Source: Malacoraja senta (taxonomy: Eukaryota). Taken from it: a stretch of 64,000 bases of DNA. A program made the translations under genes and the position numbers. Positions 51,061 to 64,000 of the stretch are shown piece by piece. The DNA is taken from positions 18,168,001 to 18,232,000 of the forward strand of contig CM075987.1 of the NCBI GenBank assembly GCA_038087875.1. The letters run 5' to 3'. Each line of letters opens with the position of its first letter. The stretch's first letter is position 1. Below the pieces are notes generated by a model. That model did not search any database and was not told where the DNA came from. It worked only from the letters and a program-made list of their open reading frames with translations.

Positions 51061-52084
51061 GTTCCCTTATGGAGGAAGGAGAGCATTAGGACGCAGCGCA
51101 GTCAGACACGTGGCATGAGAGAATGCAGCGTGGAGACTCCAGACCCGGTGCTGAGCCTAGGACTCTGGTAAGGCGACGGCTGTGGCCCACTGGTGGGCAG
51201 TGGAATGGCCAGGGACGGCAGAGTCGCTGGTTGAGGCCCGCGGGGAGTGGAGTGGCACACGGTTGAAGTGCCGGTTAGCTCCAGTGAGGCAGCGAGGGTC
51301 GGCGGCTGCAGTGAGGCAACAAGGGTCGGCGGTGTCGATAAGTCGGTGAAGGTCGGTGGCGTGGGAAGGTTAACGACAGCGGCATCCTTGGTGGTCTGGG
51401 GCCGAGATCGGTCAGGAAGGCGGTGAGTGTTGGTGCTGCTCCTCGTGGTAGCAATGGTGTTGCGGGGCTGGGCCTAGTGGTGTTCGGGCAGGCGGAGCAG
51501 GCCACAGGTGGGGCCCCGGGCCTGCAAGTGGACGAGTCGCGGATTGGCGTTACCTCCCATCCCAAACTCCCCCAAGCTGGCTACCTCCCATTCCCCTTAC
51601 TCCCCCAAGCTGGCTCCCTCCCATTCCCCTTACTCCCCCAAGCTGGCTACCTCCATCCGTTACCCCTCAAGCTGGCTACCTCCCATTCCATTCTCCCGGA
51701 AGCTGATTGCCTCCCATCCCTTATTCCTCCCATCCCATCTTCCCCCAAGCTGGCTGCCTCCCATCCACTACCTCCCCAAGCTGGCAGCATCCCATTCCCC
51801 TTACTCCCCCAAGCTGGCTCCCGCACTGTGACGGGCTGTTGGTCGGCAGCACCCACACACGGGGCCGGGTGGAGCGGGGCCACTGCTCCTGGCAGCGGAC
51901 ACACACGGGGCCATAAACCCAGCAACAACCCCGTCAGCTGCAGCAGAGTTGGGGAGTCTGGTCCCTCCGCGCACCCAAAGTCACTGACCGCGCTGCCCCG
52001 GCACCACGACCCCCTTACCAGGGTGATTCAAATTCCTTCGACCCACACACCGGGGTGATTTGCCCCCCACCGACCCCCACGCCA

Positions 52085-52540
52085 GGAACTCGGAGCTGGG
52101 GTTTGGAGAGCTTCCAGCACGGGCAGCCCTGACCAACATCGAGGAGTCCTGGGACCCTTTGCCGAGGGCCGCCAGCATTGAATCTCCTACCAGCGCAGCC
52201 TGTGGACTTCGGGAGCCTTGGACCGATTCGGATGTCCAAGCCTTTGTGGTGGTTCTCCCGTTCCAACGTCGGAGTTCCATCATCCCGGCGTGACGGCCTG
52301 AACATCGGGCCCCCCTGCGAGAGGTTCGGGAGCCCCCCGACCACGGGTGAACAACAGAGGAGGATGACTGTATTTTAGAGCCTTCCCTCACAGTGGGAAA
52401 TTCTGATTCCGCTGTGTGGGGATGTCTGTGTTGAAGTCTATCCTGTTCTGTGCTCTTTATTATTCATATGGCTGTATGGTGACAACTCATTTCACTGTAC
52501 CAATTGGTACATGTGACAAATAAATGTATCTTGTATCTTT
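52085..52540 (+). mobile_element. Non-autonomous element with Rex-type tail; related inverted piece at ~45815-45945
   Basis: Shared GGTTTGGAGAGCT.CCAGC...CCCTTTGCCGAGGGC...CCTGTGGACTT; tail TGTGACAAATAAATGTATCTTGTATC. Confidence 0.6.
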
Positions 52541-53026
52541 GAAGTAGTGGGGAGGCGTGCGACTGCCCTATGGCTACAGATATGCATGGAGGCGAGAATA
52601 ATTTCTTCTCATTTCTGGAGATGGTTGGCATTTTCTTTCTTTATTAATAGCACAACCTGAATTCTGAAGAATTCCAAAGAGCACAGTTGTCAAAGTTTCA
52701 TCTCTTAAAGAAGCAACAGAATTGTTAAAGGTAAACCAAAGCAAATCTTTGAATCAATTTGTCAGACGGGAGTGGTGAGATCTACAAAGAGCACACACGT
52801 TGCTCAGTGCTTCTCGGGCTCCACTCAATGACTCTGTTTTTCAGCAAATCTCCATTTTTAATTTACGAACCAAACTTGACCAAATTAAACTCTTTCACAG
52901 TGAGGGCAGGATCAACTTGCTTTATTTGTTACGTAAGACACAAATGCGTCAAAGTCTGAATATGGCATGACTGAAAGATTCTGCAGTCGTTCAGAATATA
53001 GGAAAAGCTGGGTCTAAATCAAGCTC

Positions 53027-54658
53027 GACAAAAGTGCTGGAGAAACACAGCGGGTACAGCAGCATCCATGGAGCAAAGGAAATAGGCAACGTTTCAGGCC
53101 AAAACCCTTCTTCAGACTGATGTGGGTGGGGGGGGGGGAGAAGAAAGGAGAAAGGAAGAGGAGGAGCCCAAGGGCTGAGAAGGGAAGGAGACAGCAAGGG
53201 CTACCGGTAATTGGAGATGTCAATGTTTATGCCACTAGGGTGCAAACTGCCCAAGTGGAATATGAGGTGCTGTTCCTCCAATTTCCGGTGGTGCTCACTC
53301 TGGACATGGAGGAGGCCCAGGACAGAAAGGTTGGATTTGGAATAATAATAATAATAATAATACATTTATTTTATATAGCGCTTTTCAGGACTCAAAGTCG
53401 CTTTACATTACATACATTACATTTTACAGTCAAATTTTTTTTTTAAATAGAGCAGTAAGACACAGATGCAAAGGGGAGGGGGACATGGGACTAAGGGTAT
53501 GCAGAGGTGAAGAGATGGGTCTTGAGGCGGGACTAGAAGATGGTGAGGGACTCAGAATTTCGGATCAGTTGTGGGAGCGAATTCCAGAGCCTGGGAGCTG
53601 CCCCTGGAGAAGGCTCTGCCTCCATAAGTGCAGAGGTTTGATTTCGGAGTGGAGAGGAGACCAGCTGATGTGGATCTGAGGGACCGTGAGGGTTGGTAGG
53701 GGGAGAGGATGTCAGTGAGATAAGGGGGGGCCAAGTGGTTGAGGGCTTTGTAGGTGAGGACCAGGATTTTGTAGATGATCCAGTGGGAAATGGGAAGCTA
53801 GTGAAGTTCTTTGAGAACTGGGGTGATGTGGTGCCAGGATTTGGTGTGGGTAATGCGTCGGGCGGCTGCATTCTGGACCAGTTGGAGTCGGTTGATGTTG
53901 CTGGAATTGATGCCAAAGAGAAGAGAGTTACAGTAGTCCAGTCGGGAGGAGATGAAGGCATGGATGAGTCTTTCAGAGAGAGAGGATCTGATTTTGGCAA
54001 TGTTGCGGAGGTGAAAAAATGATGTTTTGACAACATTGCGGATGTGAGGCTCAAGGGAGAGGGTTGAGTCAAAGATCACGCCAAGGTTGCGTGCCTGGGG
54101 AGATGGGGAGACAGTGGTGCCGTCAATAGTGAATGGGAAGTGCTGAGCCACCGGGAGATCAGGTTGGTTAATACGGACCGAGTGGAGGTGTTCGGCGAAA
54201 CGATTGCCAAGCCTACACTTATTGCCAATAACTACAGGTCACACCAATGTAGATCAGCTGACATCTAGAGCAGCGGATGCAATAGATGAGGTTGGAGGAT
54301 ATGCAGGTGACCCTGTCGCACCTGTAACGACTGCTTGGGTCCTTGAATGGAGTCGAGGGGGGAGGTAAAGCAACAAGTGTCGCATCTCTTGCGGTTGCAA
54401 GGGAAAGTGCCCGGGGAGCGGGTGGTGCGGGAGGGAAGGGAAGAATTGACCAGAGAGTTATGGAGGGAGCGGTCTTTGCGGAAAGCAGATGGGGTGGGGG
54501 GGGGAGATGTGAAGATGTGGCGAATGGTGGGGTCACGTTGGAGGTGGTGAAACTGACGGATGACTATTTGTTGTATGTGATGGCTAGTGGGGTGAAAGGT
54601 GAGGACTCCCTTGTTCCGAGTGGGTATGGGGAGAGAGCAGTGTTACAGGAGTATGGAA
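53027..54658 (-). mobile_element. Penelope-like element 3' part, split by L2
   Basis: pLTR with a decayed hammerhead core, GIY-YIG remnant (SNLIYCIRCSRCQLIYIG) and 14-bp TSD TCTAAATCAAGCTC (53013-53026, 54659-54672). Confidence 0.9.
53344..54129 (-). mobile_element. L2 LINE 3' end
   Basis: ARNLGVIFD, LIHAFISSRLDYCNSLL, LQLVQNAAAR, HITPVL; (TAT)n tail. Confidence 0.9.
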
Positions 54659-55479
54659 TCTAAATCAAGCTCATCCAATAACAATTTATTACTTATCTCT
54701 GGACGTCAGCTATTTTTTTAAATCTTGGCTTCTTTATGGCCTTGAAAAAAGCACATGTTATTATGCAGGCTTCCATCTTAATGTCTTTATTTAAAAGACA
54801 AAGTTTCCTCCATATTGTGTTCCATATAATTTGCAAAGAGAAAGAGGGAGTGTGTGTGTCAGAGAGGGAGTTTGTGAGAGAGACAAGAAGTGAGAGAGGA
54901 AGTGTGTGAGACAGGAACAAGAGAGGGAGTGTGTGAGAAACGGAGCGAGAGAGGGAGTGTGTGAGACAGACGGAGAGAGAGAGGGAGTGTGCGAGAGAGC
55001 AAGTGTATGAGAAAGAGGAGGGGGCACGAGAGGGTAGAGTGGAGACAATTTGTGTACGAGTGGGGTGGAGGTGGAGTGAGGGGGAAAGAGGGGAATGTAT
55101 ATGTGCAGCTTTAAGGGACATTGGTCAGGTAGCATTTAGAGTATTGCATACAGTTCTGGTCACTCCATTACAGGACTAATGTGGAGGCGTTTGGAAAGGT
55201 GCAGAGATGGTTAACCCGAATGGTTTCAAAACAAGGAACTGCAGATGCTCGTTTACAAAGAAAGGACACAAAGTGCTGGAGTAACTCAGCGCAACAGGCA
55301 GCACCTGTGGAGAGAAGGAATGGGTGACTGCAGATGCTGGTTGACAAAAAAGGACAGAAAGTGCTGGAGTAACTCACAGGACAGGCAGCATCTCTGGAGA
55401 GAAGGAATGGGTGACTGAAGAAATGACCCTGAAGCGTTACCCATTCCTTCCAGCATTTTGTGTTTACCTAAACAGCGCC

Positions 55480-56563
55480 TATCTATCCACGTGGCAGTGT
55501 GCCAGTAGGCTGGAGGAGTGGGCAAAGGCCTTGTCACAGAGCGCACAGGTGAAGGGGCGCTGGCCGGTGTGGACCCGCCGGTGCTCCAGCAGGAGGTCAA
55601 GGCGGGTGAAGCCCTTACCTCAGGACGGGCAGGGGAAGGGACGCTCAACGCTGTGGGTACGCCGCTCCTGCCACAGGCTGGACATGCGGGTGAAACCCTG
55701 GCCACACTCAGCGCATGCAAAGGGTCTCTCTCTGGTGTGTATCCACTGGTGCTCCCACCGCCCCCGTGGGCGCAGCTGCTCGCCAGCATGGGACAGCCGG
55801 TGCTGCCGCAACCCACCGCAAGCTGTCAAGCGCCTCACCGCAATACGGGCGGTCCTAGGGCTGGCCACTGGTGTGCACGCGCTGGTGAGACAGGGCATGG
55901 GAGGCCATGGCAAAGCTCGGTCGCCAGCGTGCACCTGCTGGTGGAACATCAGCCTGGTGGAGGTGGTGAAGCCCTTGCCGCACTGGGCGCAGGTGTAAGG
56001 GCGCTCTCCGGTGCGCTGGTGGGACAGCAGGTGTCTGGAGTGGGTAAAATCCTTGCTGCAGTCACTGCAGGTGTAGGGGCGCTCGCCGGTGTGGGTGCGC
56101 TCATGCACCAGCAGGCTGTTGGAGCGGGTGAAGCCCTTGCCGCACTGGGCACCATAGGGCTTCTCGCCTGTGTGCACCTGCCGGTGACTTCAGGTCATTC
56201 ACCGTCTTGAAGCACTTGCCGCAGTCGGAGCAGGTGAAGGGCGGAGTGCACGTGGTTGTGCTGCTGCAGGTTGCTGTAGTGGGTGAAGCTCTTGCCGCAC
56301 TCCGAGCAGATGAAGGGGCGTTCTCCCGTGTGAACTAGCCGGTGGATCTCCAGCTGGCTCGGTTGCTGACAGGCCTTGCCACACAGGTCACACTCATAAC
56401 ACTTCTCCTTGTTGTGCCCCGTCATGTGGTCCTCCGTCGAAGCTCAGCTCCGCGAAGCTCAGCCCGCACACCGAGCAGATGTGGGGGGTTCACCGGCACC
56501 CTGGCCGCCCTCAATGACCGCTCACATCCCCGTCTCTCCATCCACAGCAACGGCTCCTAAACC
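55480..56563 (-). pseudogene. C2H2 zinc-finger gene copy C, diverged with deletions, frameshifts and a stop
   Basis: [18 protein letters not shown]... and the same acceptor as A/B; fewer fingers; broken frame. Confidence 0.8.
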
Positions 56564-56658
56564 CTGCAGGAGGGGAACACAGAGGGTCAACAAGCTGGTA
56601 AACGACATTACTAGCTCATATTGGGTGTGTTTATGGCGGAGGAAACTTCTATAATTCT

Positions 56659-56964
56659 GCGCGGCACAGTGGCGTAGCGGTACTGTTGCTGCCTCACCGC
56701 CAGAGACCGGGTTCGATCCTGCCTACTGGTGCTGTCTGCGGAGTTTGTACGTTCTCCCCTTGACCTGCGTGGGTTTTCACTCCGGGTTCTCCAGTTTCCT
56801 CCAACATTTCAAAGACGTTCAGAGTTGTAGATTAATCAGCAAAATTGTTAAAGCGTCCCAAATGTGAGTAGGATAGTGCTAGTGTACGGGGTGATCGCTG
56901 GTCGGCGCGGACTCCGCAGGCTGAAAGACCTGTTTCCATATTGCATCTCTAAACTAAACTAAAC
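56659..56964 (+). mobile_element. V-SINE (HE1-like) with Pol III boxes
   Basis: A box TGGCGTAGCGG (56670-56680), B box GGTTCGATCC (56710-56719), V-core and (CTAAA)n tail. Confidence 0.85.
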
Positions 56965-57894
56965 CAAAGAAGGGTCTCGACCCAAAACGTCACCCATTCA
57001 TTCTCTCGACAGATGCTGCCTGACCCGCTGAGTTACTCCAACATTTTGTGTCTATCTTCTCCACAGATGCTGCCTGTCCCGCTGAATTACTCCAGCTCTT
57101 TGTGTCTACTCCACAGATGCTGCCTGACCTGCTGAATTACTCCAACACTTTCTCTCTCTGCCTCTTTCTCTCTGTCTGTTTATCTCTGTCTCTGTATCTC
57201 TCTCTCTCTATCTCTCTGTCTCTCTCTCTCTGTCTCTCTCTCAGTCTGTGTGTCTCTCTCTCTGCCTGTCTCTATCTCTCTCTCCCTCCCTCTGTCCCTC
57301 TCCCCCTCTCTCTCTATCTATCTATCTCTGTCTCTCACGCTCCCTCTCTGTCTCCCACTCTCTCTCTGTCTCCCACTCTCTCTGTCTCTCTGTCTCTCAC
57401 AGGCCCGTACGAAGCTTTTCAAAAAGGGGGGTGGCATGACAGGATTTGCAGAACCAGGGTTGGTTTACAGGGCAAGGCCAACGAATGCCCTTGCATTAGT
57501 AGTGGTAAATGGCAATATACATTCAGGAGCACCTGTTCCATTGTTTTGCACAATCCGCAAGCATTGCCACTTTCATTTTACTGCACATCTTGTATGTGTA
57601 TGTGACAAATAGACTTGACTTACCTTGACTTGACGACAAGTGATTTCCTGTTGTTCACAAACAAGGCACAAAGTAGGCAAAAGACGCCATCCACATGATC
57701 GCTATATACAAGCCAGGGATATGCTCGAAACCAGTCAGGGTTAAATATTCGCAAGCATCCATTCTTATACAAGGCACCATATTTATATGTTGGACCCAGT
57801 TTAAAGTGAATCTGTATGTGAGGTACAGCTTCTGAAGAGAGTTGGCAATAGCTTTAGCAGCTTCTTCATTGGTTGTTGGTAGAATTAAGGAGAA

Positions 57895-58759
57895 CTAGAC
57901 CAAGTGCAAGACACCGTTGGGGGAGAGAGAAAGAGGTGGGGGGAAGAGAGAGGGAGAGAGAGAGGTGGGGGAGAGAGAGAGGGGGTGGGGGGAGAGAGAG
58001 AGCGGTGGGGGAGAGAAAGAGGAGGGAGAGAGGGAGAGGAGGTGGAGAAAGAGAGGAGGTGGAGAAAGAGAGAGAGGAGGGGGGAGAGAGGAGGGAGAGA
58101 GAGAGAGAGGTTGGAGAGAAAGAGAGAGGTGGGGAAGCAAGAGAGGTGGGGGAGGGAGAGGAGAGAGGAGGGGTGAGAGAGGCAGGGAGGGGGGGAGGTT
58201 GCATGGTTTTTATCAAAGGACTTTGCGAGCGGCGCGACTTGCAGCGTGTTGGGTTTGCAGCGGGTAGGTGATGGAGGGGCAGCCATATCTACCATTGGGC
58301 GGGGGATACGGAAAGGATTCAGAAGCCGGTGGCCTCCAGTGACCAGCTGTAACCTGCCGTGACCTCCCGATCTGCAGAACGCTAGTTCTTTCTGCGCATT
58401 TGTATGGGGGTGGGGGGGGGGGATTGGAGCGGGCGGACGTGGGAGTCCAGCTGCAGGGGGCATGGTGCGAGCGTACCTGCGCGGGGGGGCGGGGGCCAGG
58501 AGCCAGGTGGGGCCTCGATTGGTGGCATGTGGGTCAGTAAAACACGAGTCAAGATCAACTAAAGGGCCTGTCCCACCTGCGGGGACCTAATTTGTAAGTT
58601 TAGAAGCGTTTGCACTCGACTCAAACTTGCAGCATGGTCGACACATGGTTCTAGGAGGTCTATGTAACTCTCCTTCATGCTATAGAGACAGTTCTGAGCA
58701 AGAATTTCATTGTCCTATCTGGGACACATGACAATAAACTCTCTTGAATCTTGATTAGA
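57895..58759 (-). mobile_element. Probable non-autonomous Helitron, containing a Harbinger-like end (58562) and a Rex-type tail
   Basis: A|CTAGACCAAGTG...CCGTTGGG start similar to 42990, and TAGA|T end. Confidence 0.45.
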
Positions 58760-59404
58760 TTATAGCTATTGACAGTTCCCGAACCCAATCACAAAATTCA
58801 CCATTTACATTGTTTCTACCGAAAGTTCTAGCAGGAGACAGTTTACAACAAGAATAGAAACATCTCTCCAGGTAGTATAAACAATTTGAACAAGGCTTCA
58901 CACTTCACAAGATAACAGCACAAACACTCTGCAACATAATAACAGTACTTTACAACACCCCCCTATCTGACCAAACCTAATCATGCATATGCAACACCCT
59001 CTTAGGTCTTCTACAAAACCTTCATAACATTATAAACAAAAGGAGAGACATTTGGACCTTGCCTTATCCTCAACTTCATTCTAGGATACAGACTCCTTGG
59101 AGCGTGACTCACAGCTTGCAACCTTCCACAGAAAGTGGACAAACAGGCTTTACAAATACATAGATTCTCCATTTTGTGACATATTTTATTTGGCCAATAT
59201 TATCATTAACAGGACTTAAGACATGACATGTATTCAAAAATATTTTACTGATAGGCTGCATATATGTGAAGTTTTCACAATTCTTGTAAGAACTCGTGAT
59301 TTTGAATCATAAAACGTTTGGTTTTTACTGCACCAAGGAGATCTTCCAACTACATCTTCTGCCTAGCTTCCACAGCAGCAACATCATCAACGGACTGCTG
59401 CATT

Positions 59405-62400
59405 ACATAGAAACATAGAAAATAGGTGCAGGAGTAGGCCATTCGGCCCTTCGAGCCTGCACCGCCATTCGATATGATCATGGCTGATCATCCAACTCAG
59501 TATCCCATCTCTGCCTTCTCTCCATACCCCCAGATCCCTTTAGCCACAGAGGGGCCACATCTAACTCCCTCTTAAATATAGCCAATGAACTGGCCTCAAC
59601 TACCTTCTGTGGCACAGAATTCCACAGATTCACCACGCTCTGTGTAAAAAATGATTTTCTCATCTCGGTCCTAAAAGACTTCCCTCTTATCCTTAAACTG
59701 TGACCCCTTGTCCTGGACTTCCCCAACATCGGGAACAATCTTCCTGCATCTAGCCTGTCCAACCCCTTAAGAATTTTGTCAGTTTCTATAAGATCCCCCC
59801 TCAATCTTCTAAATTCTAGCATGTACAAGCCGAGTCTATCCAGTCTTTCTTCATATGCAAGTCCTGCCATCCCAGGAATCAGTCTGGTGAACCTTCTCTG
59901 TACTCCCTCTATGGCAAGAATGTCTTTCCTCAGATTAGGAGACCAGAACTGTATGCAATACACCAGATGTGGTCTCACCAAGACCCTGTACACACTGCAC
60001 TGGAACCTCCCTGCTCTTATACTCAAATCCTTTTGCTATGAATGCTAACATACCATTTGCTTTCTTCACTGCCTGCTGCACCTGACTGGTGTACCATGAC
60101 ACCCACGTCTCGTTGTATCTCCTCTTTTCCTAATCGGCCACCATTCAGATAAAGTCTACTTTCCTATTTTTGCCACCAAAGTGGATAACCTCACATTTAT
60201 CCACATTATACTGCATCTGCCATGCATTTCCCCGCACACCCAACCTATCCAAGTCACCTTGCAGCCTCCTAGCATCCTCCTCACAGCTAACACTGCTCCC
60301 AGCTTCGTGTCATCCGCAAACCTGGAGATGTTGCATTCAATTCCCTCATCCAGTTCATTAATACATATTGTAAATAGCTGGGGTCCCAGCACTGAGCCTT
60401 GCGGTACCCCACAGTCACTGCCTGTCATCCTGAAAAGGACCCGTTTACTCCTACTCTTTGCTTCCTGTCTGCCAGCCAGTTCACTATCCACATCACTACT
60501 GAACCCCCAATACCGTGTGCTTTAAGTTTGCATACTAATCTCTTATGTGGGACCTTGTCGAAAGCCTTCTGAAAGTCCAGATACTACACATCCACTGGTT
60601 CTCCTTATCCACTCTACTAGTTACATCCTCGAAAAATTCTATAAGATTCGTCAGACATGATTTACCTTTCATAAATCCATGCTGACTTTGTCCAATGAAT
60701 TCACCACTTTCCAAATGTGCTGCTATCCCATCTTTAATAACTGACTCCAGAATTTTCCCCACCACCGATGTTAGACTAACTGGTCTGTAATTCCACGTTT
60801 TCTCTCTCCCTCCCTTTTTTAAAAGTGGGGTTACATTAGCTACCCTCCAGTCCTCAGGAACTACTCCAGAATCTAAAGAGTTTTGAAAAATTATCACTAA
60901 TGCATCCACTATTTCTGCGGCTACTTCCTTAAGTACTCAGGGATGCAACTTATCTGGCCCTGGGGATTTATCGGCCTTTAATTCATTCAATTTATACCTA
61001 ACACGACTTCCCGGCTAACCCTGGATTTCACTCAGTTCCTCCATCTCATTTAACCCTTGCTATTTCGGCAGATTATTTATGTCTTCCATAGTGAAGACAG
61101 TACCAAAGTAGTTATTCAATCGGTCTGCCATGTCCTTGTTCCCCATGATGAATTCGCCTGTTTCTGACTGTAAGGGACCTACATTTTGTTTTAACTAATC
61201 TTTCCTCTTCACATATCTATAAAAACTTTTGCAGTCAGTTTTTATGTTCCCTGCCAGTTTTCTTTCAAAATCTATTTCCCTTTCCTAATTAAGCCTTTTG
61301 TCCTCCTCTGCTGGACTCTGAATTTCTCCCAGTCCTCTGGTAGGCTGCTTTTTCTGGCTAATTTGTACGCTTCATCTTTTGTTTTGATACTATCCCTGAT
61401 TTCCCTTGTTATCCACGGACACACTACCTTCCCTGATTTATTCTTTTGCCAAACTGGGATGAACAATTGTTTTAGTTCATCCATGCAGTTTTTAAATGCC
61501 TTCCATTTCATATCCACCGTCAACCCCTTTAAGAATCATTTGCCCGTCTATCTTGGCCAATTCACGTCTCATACCCTCAAAGTCACCTTTCTTTAAGTTC
61601 AGCACCCTTGTTTCTGATTTAACAATGTCACTCTCCATCCTAATGAAGAACTCAACCATATTATGGTCACTCTTGCCCAAGGGGCACGCACAACAAGACT
61701 GCTAACTAACCCTTCCTCATTAATCAATACCCAGTCTAGAATGGCCTGCTCTCTCATTGGTTCCTCTACATGTTGGTTTAGATAACTATCCGCATACATT
61801 CCAAGAAATCCTCTTCCTCAGCACCCCTGCCAATTTGATTCACCCAATCTATATGTAGATTGAAGTCACCCGATTATAATTGTTTTACCTTTGTTGCACG
61901 CATTTCTAATTTCCTGTTTGATGCCATCCCCCACTACTACTGTTAGGTGGCCTGTACACAACTCCCACTAGCGTTTTCTGACCCGTAGTGTTTCGCAGCT
62001 CTACCCATATCGATTCCACATCCTCCAAGCTAATGTCCTTCCTTTCTATTGCGTTAATCTCCTCTCTAACCAGCAACGCTACCCCGCCTCCTTTTCCTTT
62101 CTGTCTAACACTCCTGAATATTGAATATCCCTGGATGTTCAGCTCCCAGCCTTGGTCACCCTGGAGCCATGTCTCCGTGATCCCAACTATATCATATTCA
62201 TTAATAACTATCTTCACATTCAACTCATCCACCTTATTACGAATGCTCCTTGCATTAAGATACAAAGCCTTCAGGCTTGTTTTTACAACACTCTTACCCC
62301 TTATACAATTATGTTGAAAAGTGGCCCTTTTTGATTTTTGCCCTGGATTTGTCTGCCTGCCACTTTTACTTTTCACCTTGCTACCTATTGCTTCTACCCT

Positions 62401-62460
62401 CATTTTACACCCCTCTGCCTCTCTGCTCTTGCACCCATCCCCCTGCCACATTAGTTTAAA
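59405..62460 (-). mobile_element. CR1 with nearly complete but frameshifted ORF2
   Basis: APE and RT motifs; tail at 59405. Confidence 0.92.
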
Positions 62461-62720
62461 TGCTCCCCGACAGCGCCAGCAAACACATCGGCGTCTGGTG
62501 TTGGGGTTACAGCCGCTCCCGCCCGGCGACGGGAGGACGGTCTCCAGGTCGCCTAACTGGCCGTTGGTGATGCACCGATGCCGCGGATGGAATCGCTGGA
62601 CTGGGCGGGCGGGCAGACACCGCAACCCCCCCCCCCCCGGCACCGCGGATGGAATCGCTGGACCGGGCGGGCGGGCAGGCGGGCAGACGCCGTGCTGCAC
62701 CGCACCCCCCCCCTACTGAC

Positions 62721-62885
62721 CTGGAGTAAATGCGAGGCATCGAGCTTAATGGGTGAAGCACAAATGGCAGTCTGATCCCGCCCGGACCCACTGCGCACGC
62801 GCGGAGAGATGGCGTCATTTTGCGTCGCTTCCCCAACTGCGCAGGCGCGTATGGGCGCATTTCTTTCTCCCCCATTGGCCGGAAC
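62721..62885 (-). promoter_or_regulatory. CpG promoter and first exon inside the hAT 5' end
   Basis: NRF1-type TGCGCACGCGC (62792) and TGCGCAGGCGC (62838), CCAAT (62874-62878), GC box (62777), YY1-like GCCATTT (62762-62768), donor CAG|GTCAGT at 62720. Confidence 0.6.
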
Positions 62886-63159
62886 CAGAATTTCGGACGA
62901 TTTCCCACAAAGTGGAAATGCTGATTGTACTTCGATTTTTAAAAAAAATTCTGGGGATTTTTTCTTACTCTGGGGAAAATAAGGCGGGTGCGGTCGCACC
63001 CCGTGCACCCCCCCCCCTTCGGACGGCCATGACTCACTCTGCCTCTCACTTTGTCTCTCTCTCTCTCTATCTCTTTCCCTCACTCTCTCTCTGTCTTTCT
63101 CTCCCTGTCTCTCTCTCTGTCTCTGTATCTGTCTCTCTCTGTTTTTCTTTCTCTCTCAC

Positions 63160-64000
63160 AACAGACAATAGACAATAGGTGCAGGAGTAGGCCATTTGGC
63201 CCTTCGAGCCAGCACCGCCATTAAATGTGATCACGGCTGATCATCCCAATCAGTACCCCGTTCCTGCCTTCTCCCCATATCCCCTGACTCCGCTATCTTT
63301 AAGAGCCCGATCTAGCTCTCTCTTGAAAACATCCAGGGAACCTACCCGCACCGCCCCGAGGCAGAGAATTCCACAGATTCACAACTCTCTGTGAGAAAAG
63401 GTGTTTCCTCGTTTCCGTTCTAAATGGATTACCGCTTATTCTTAAAATGTGGCCCCTGGTTCTGGACTCCCCTAAAATCAAGAATATGTTTCCTGCCTCC
63501 AGCGTGTCCAAACCCTTAACAATCTTATGTTTCAATAACATCCCCTCTCTTCCTTCTAAACTCCAGAGTGTACAAGCCCAGCTGCTCCATACTCTCAGCA
63601 TATGACAGTCCCGCCATCCCTGGAATTAACCTGAACCTACGCTGCACTCCCTCAATAGCAAGAATGTCCTTCCTCAAGTTTGGAAACCAAAACTGCACAC
63701 AATGTTCCAGGTGTGGTCTCACTAGGCCTCTGTCCAACTGCAGGAGCTCTTTGCTTCTATACTCGATTCCTCTTGTTATAAAGGCCAACATGCCATTCGC
63801 TTTCTTCACTGTCTGCTGTACCTGCATGCTTACTTTCATAGACAGATGAACAAGAACCCCTAGATCCCGTTGTACTTCCCCTTTTCCCAACTTGGCGCCA
63901 TTTATATAGTAATCTGCCTACCTGTTTTTGATACCTAAGTGGATAACATCACATTAATGCGCATTAAACTTTATCTGCCATGCATCTGCCCACTCCACCA
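63160..64000 (-). mobile_element. CR1 3' end, continuing beyond the window
   Basis: RT C-terminus and (ATTGTCT)n tail. Confidence 0.9.

Larger units (their letters stand above)
57400..63031 (-). mobile_element. hAT (Tip100/ZMYM1-like) deletion derivative with nested insertions
   Basis: Termini CAGGCCCGTACGAAG (57400) and reverse-complement CATGGCCGTCCGAAG (63031) match at 12/15. TTF-type zinc finger RIFNPDWFRAYPWLVYSDHVDGVFCLLCALF at ~57645-57760. Both flanks are CT microsatellite; no clean TSD. Confidence 0.7.

Noticed and set aside
61906..62700. 264-aa ORF joining GC-rich sequence to the CR1 endonuclease
   Set aside because: Chance read-through from putative intron sequence into a truncated CR1, with a non-ATG start and a frameshifted end.

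Overview
Repeat-dense vertebrate genomic DNA, most likely from a cartilaginous fish (skate, ray or shark; inferred from HER1-type CR1 LINEs, HE1/V-SINEs and Penelope elements). It is not prokaryotic and contains no CRISPR array. Main contents: (1) an apparently intact two-gene PIF/Harbinger transposon (DDE transposase plus a 6-exon MADF/Myb-like gene read here with GT-AG introns); (2) a four-level nest, Rex LINE > Gypsy LTR element > L2 tail > Penelope, in which the Gypsy primer-binding site continues as a ~37-nt copy of tRNA-Leu with a mismatch opposite position 58; (3) many CR1 copies, one with an uninterrupted 1098-codon ORF2; (4) a repeatedly duplicated cassette carrying a C2H2 zinc-finger exon, with out-of-frame fingers after the stop and degenerate TIR-domain-like sequence; (5) a ~6.6-kb near-identical duplication on both sides of a 200-N gap, probably an assembly or haplotype artefact; (6) several DNA-transposon derivatives, including a hAT-like element with a 7-bp TSD and a Spindlin/Tudor-like terminal exon, and a larger hAT with a CpG promoter facing a zinc-finger exon. 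All calls were made by eye and family names need database confirmation.
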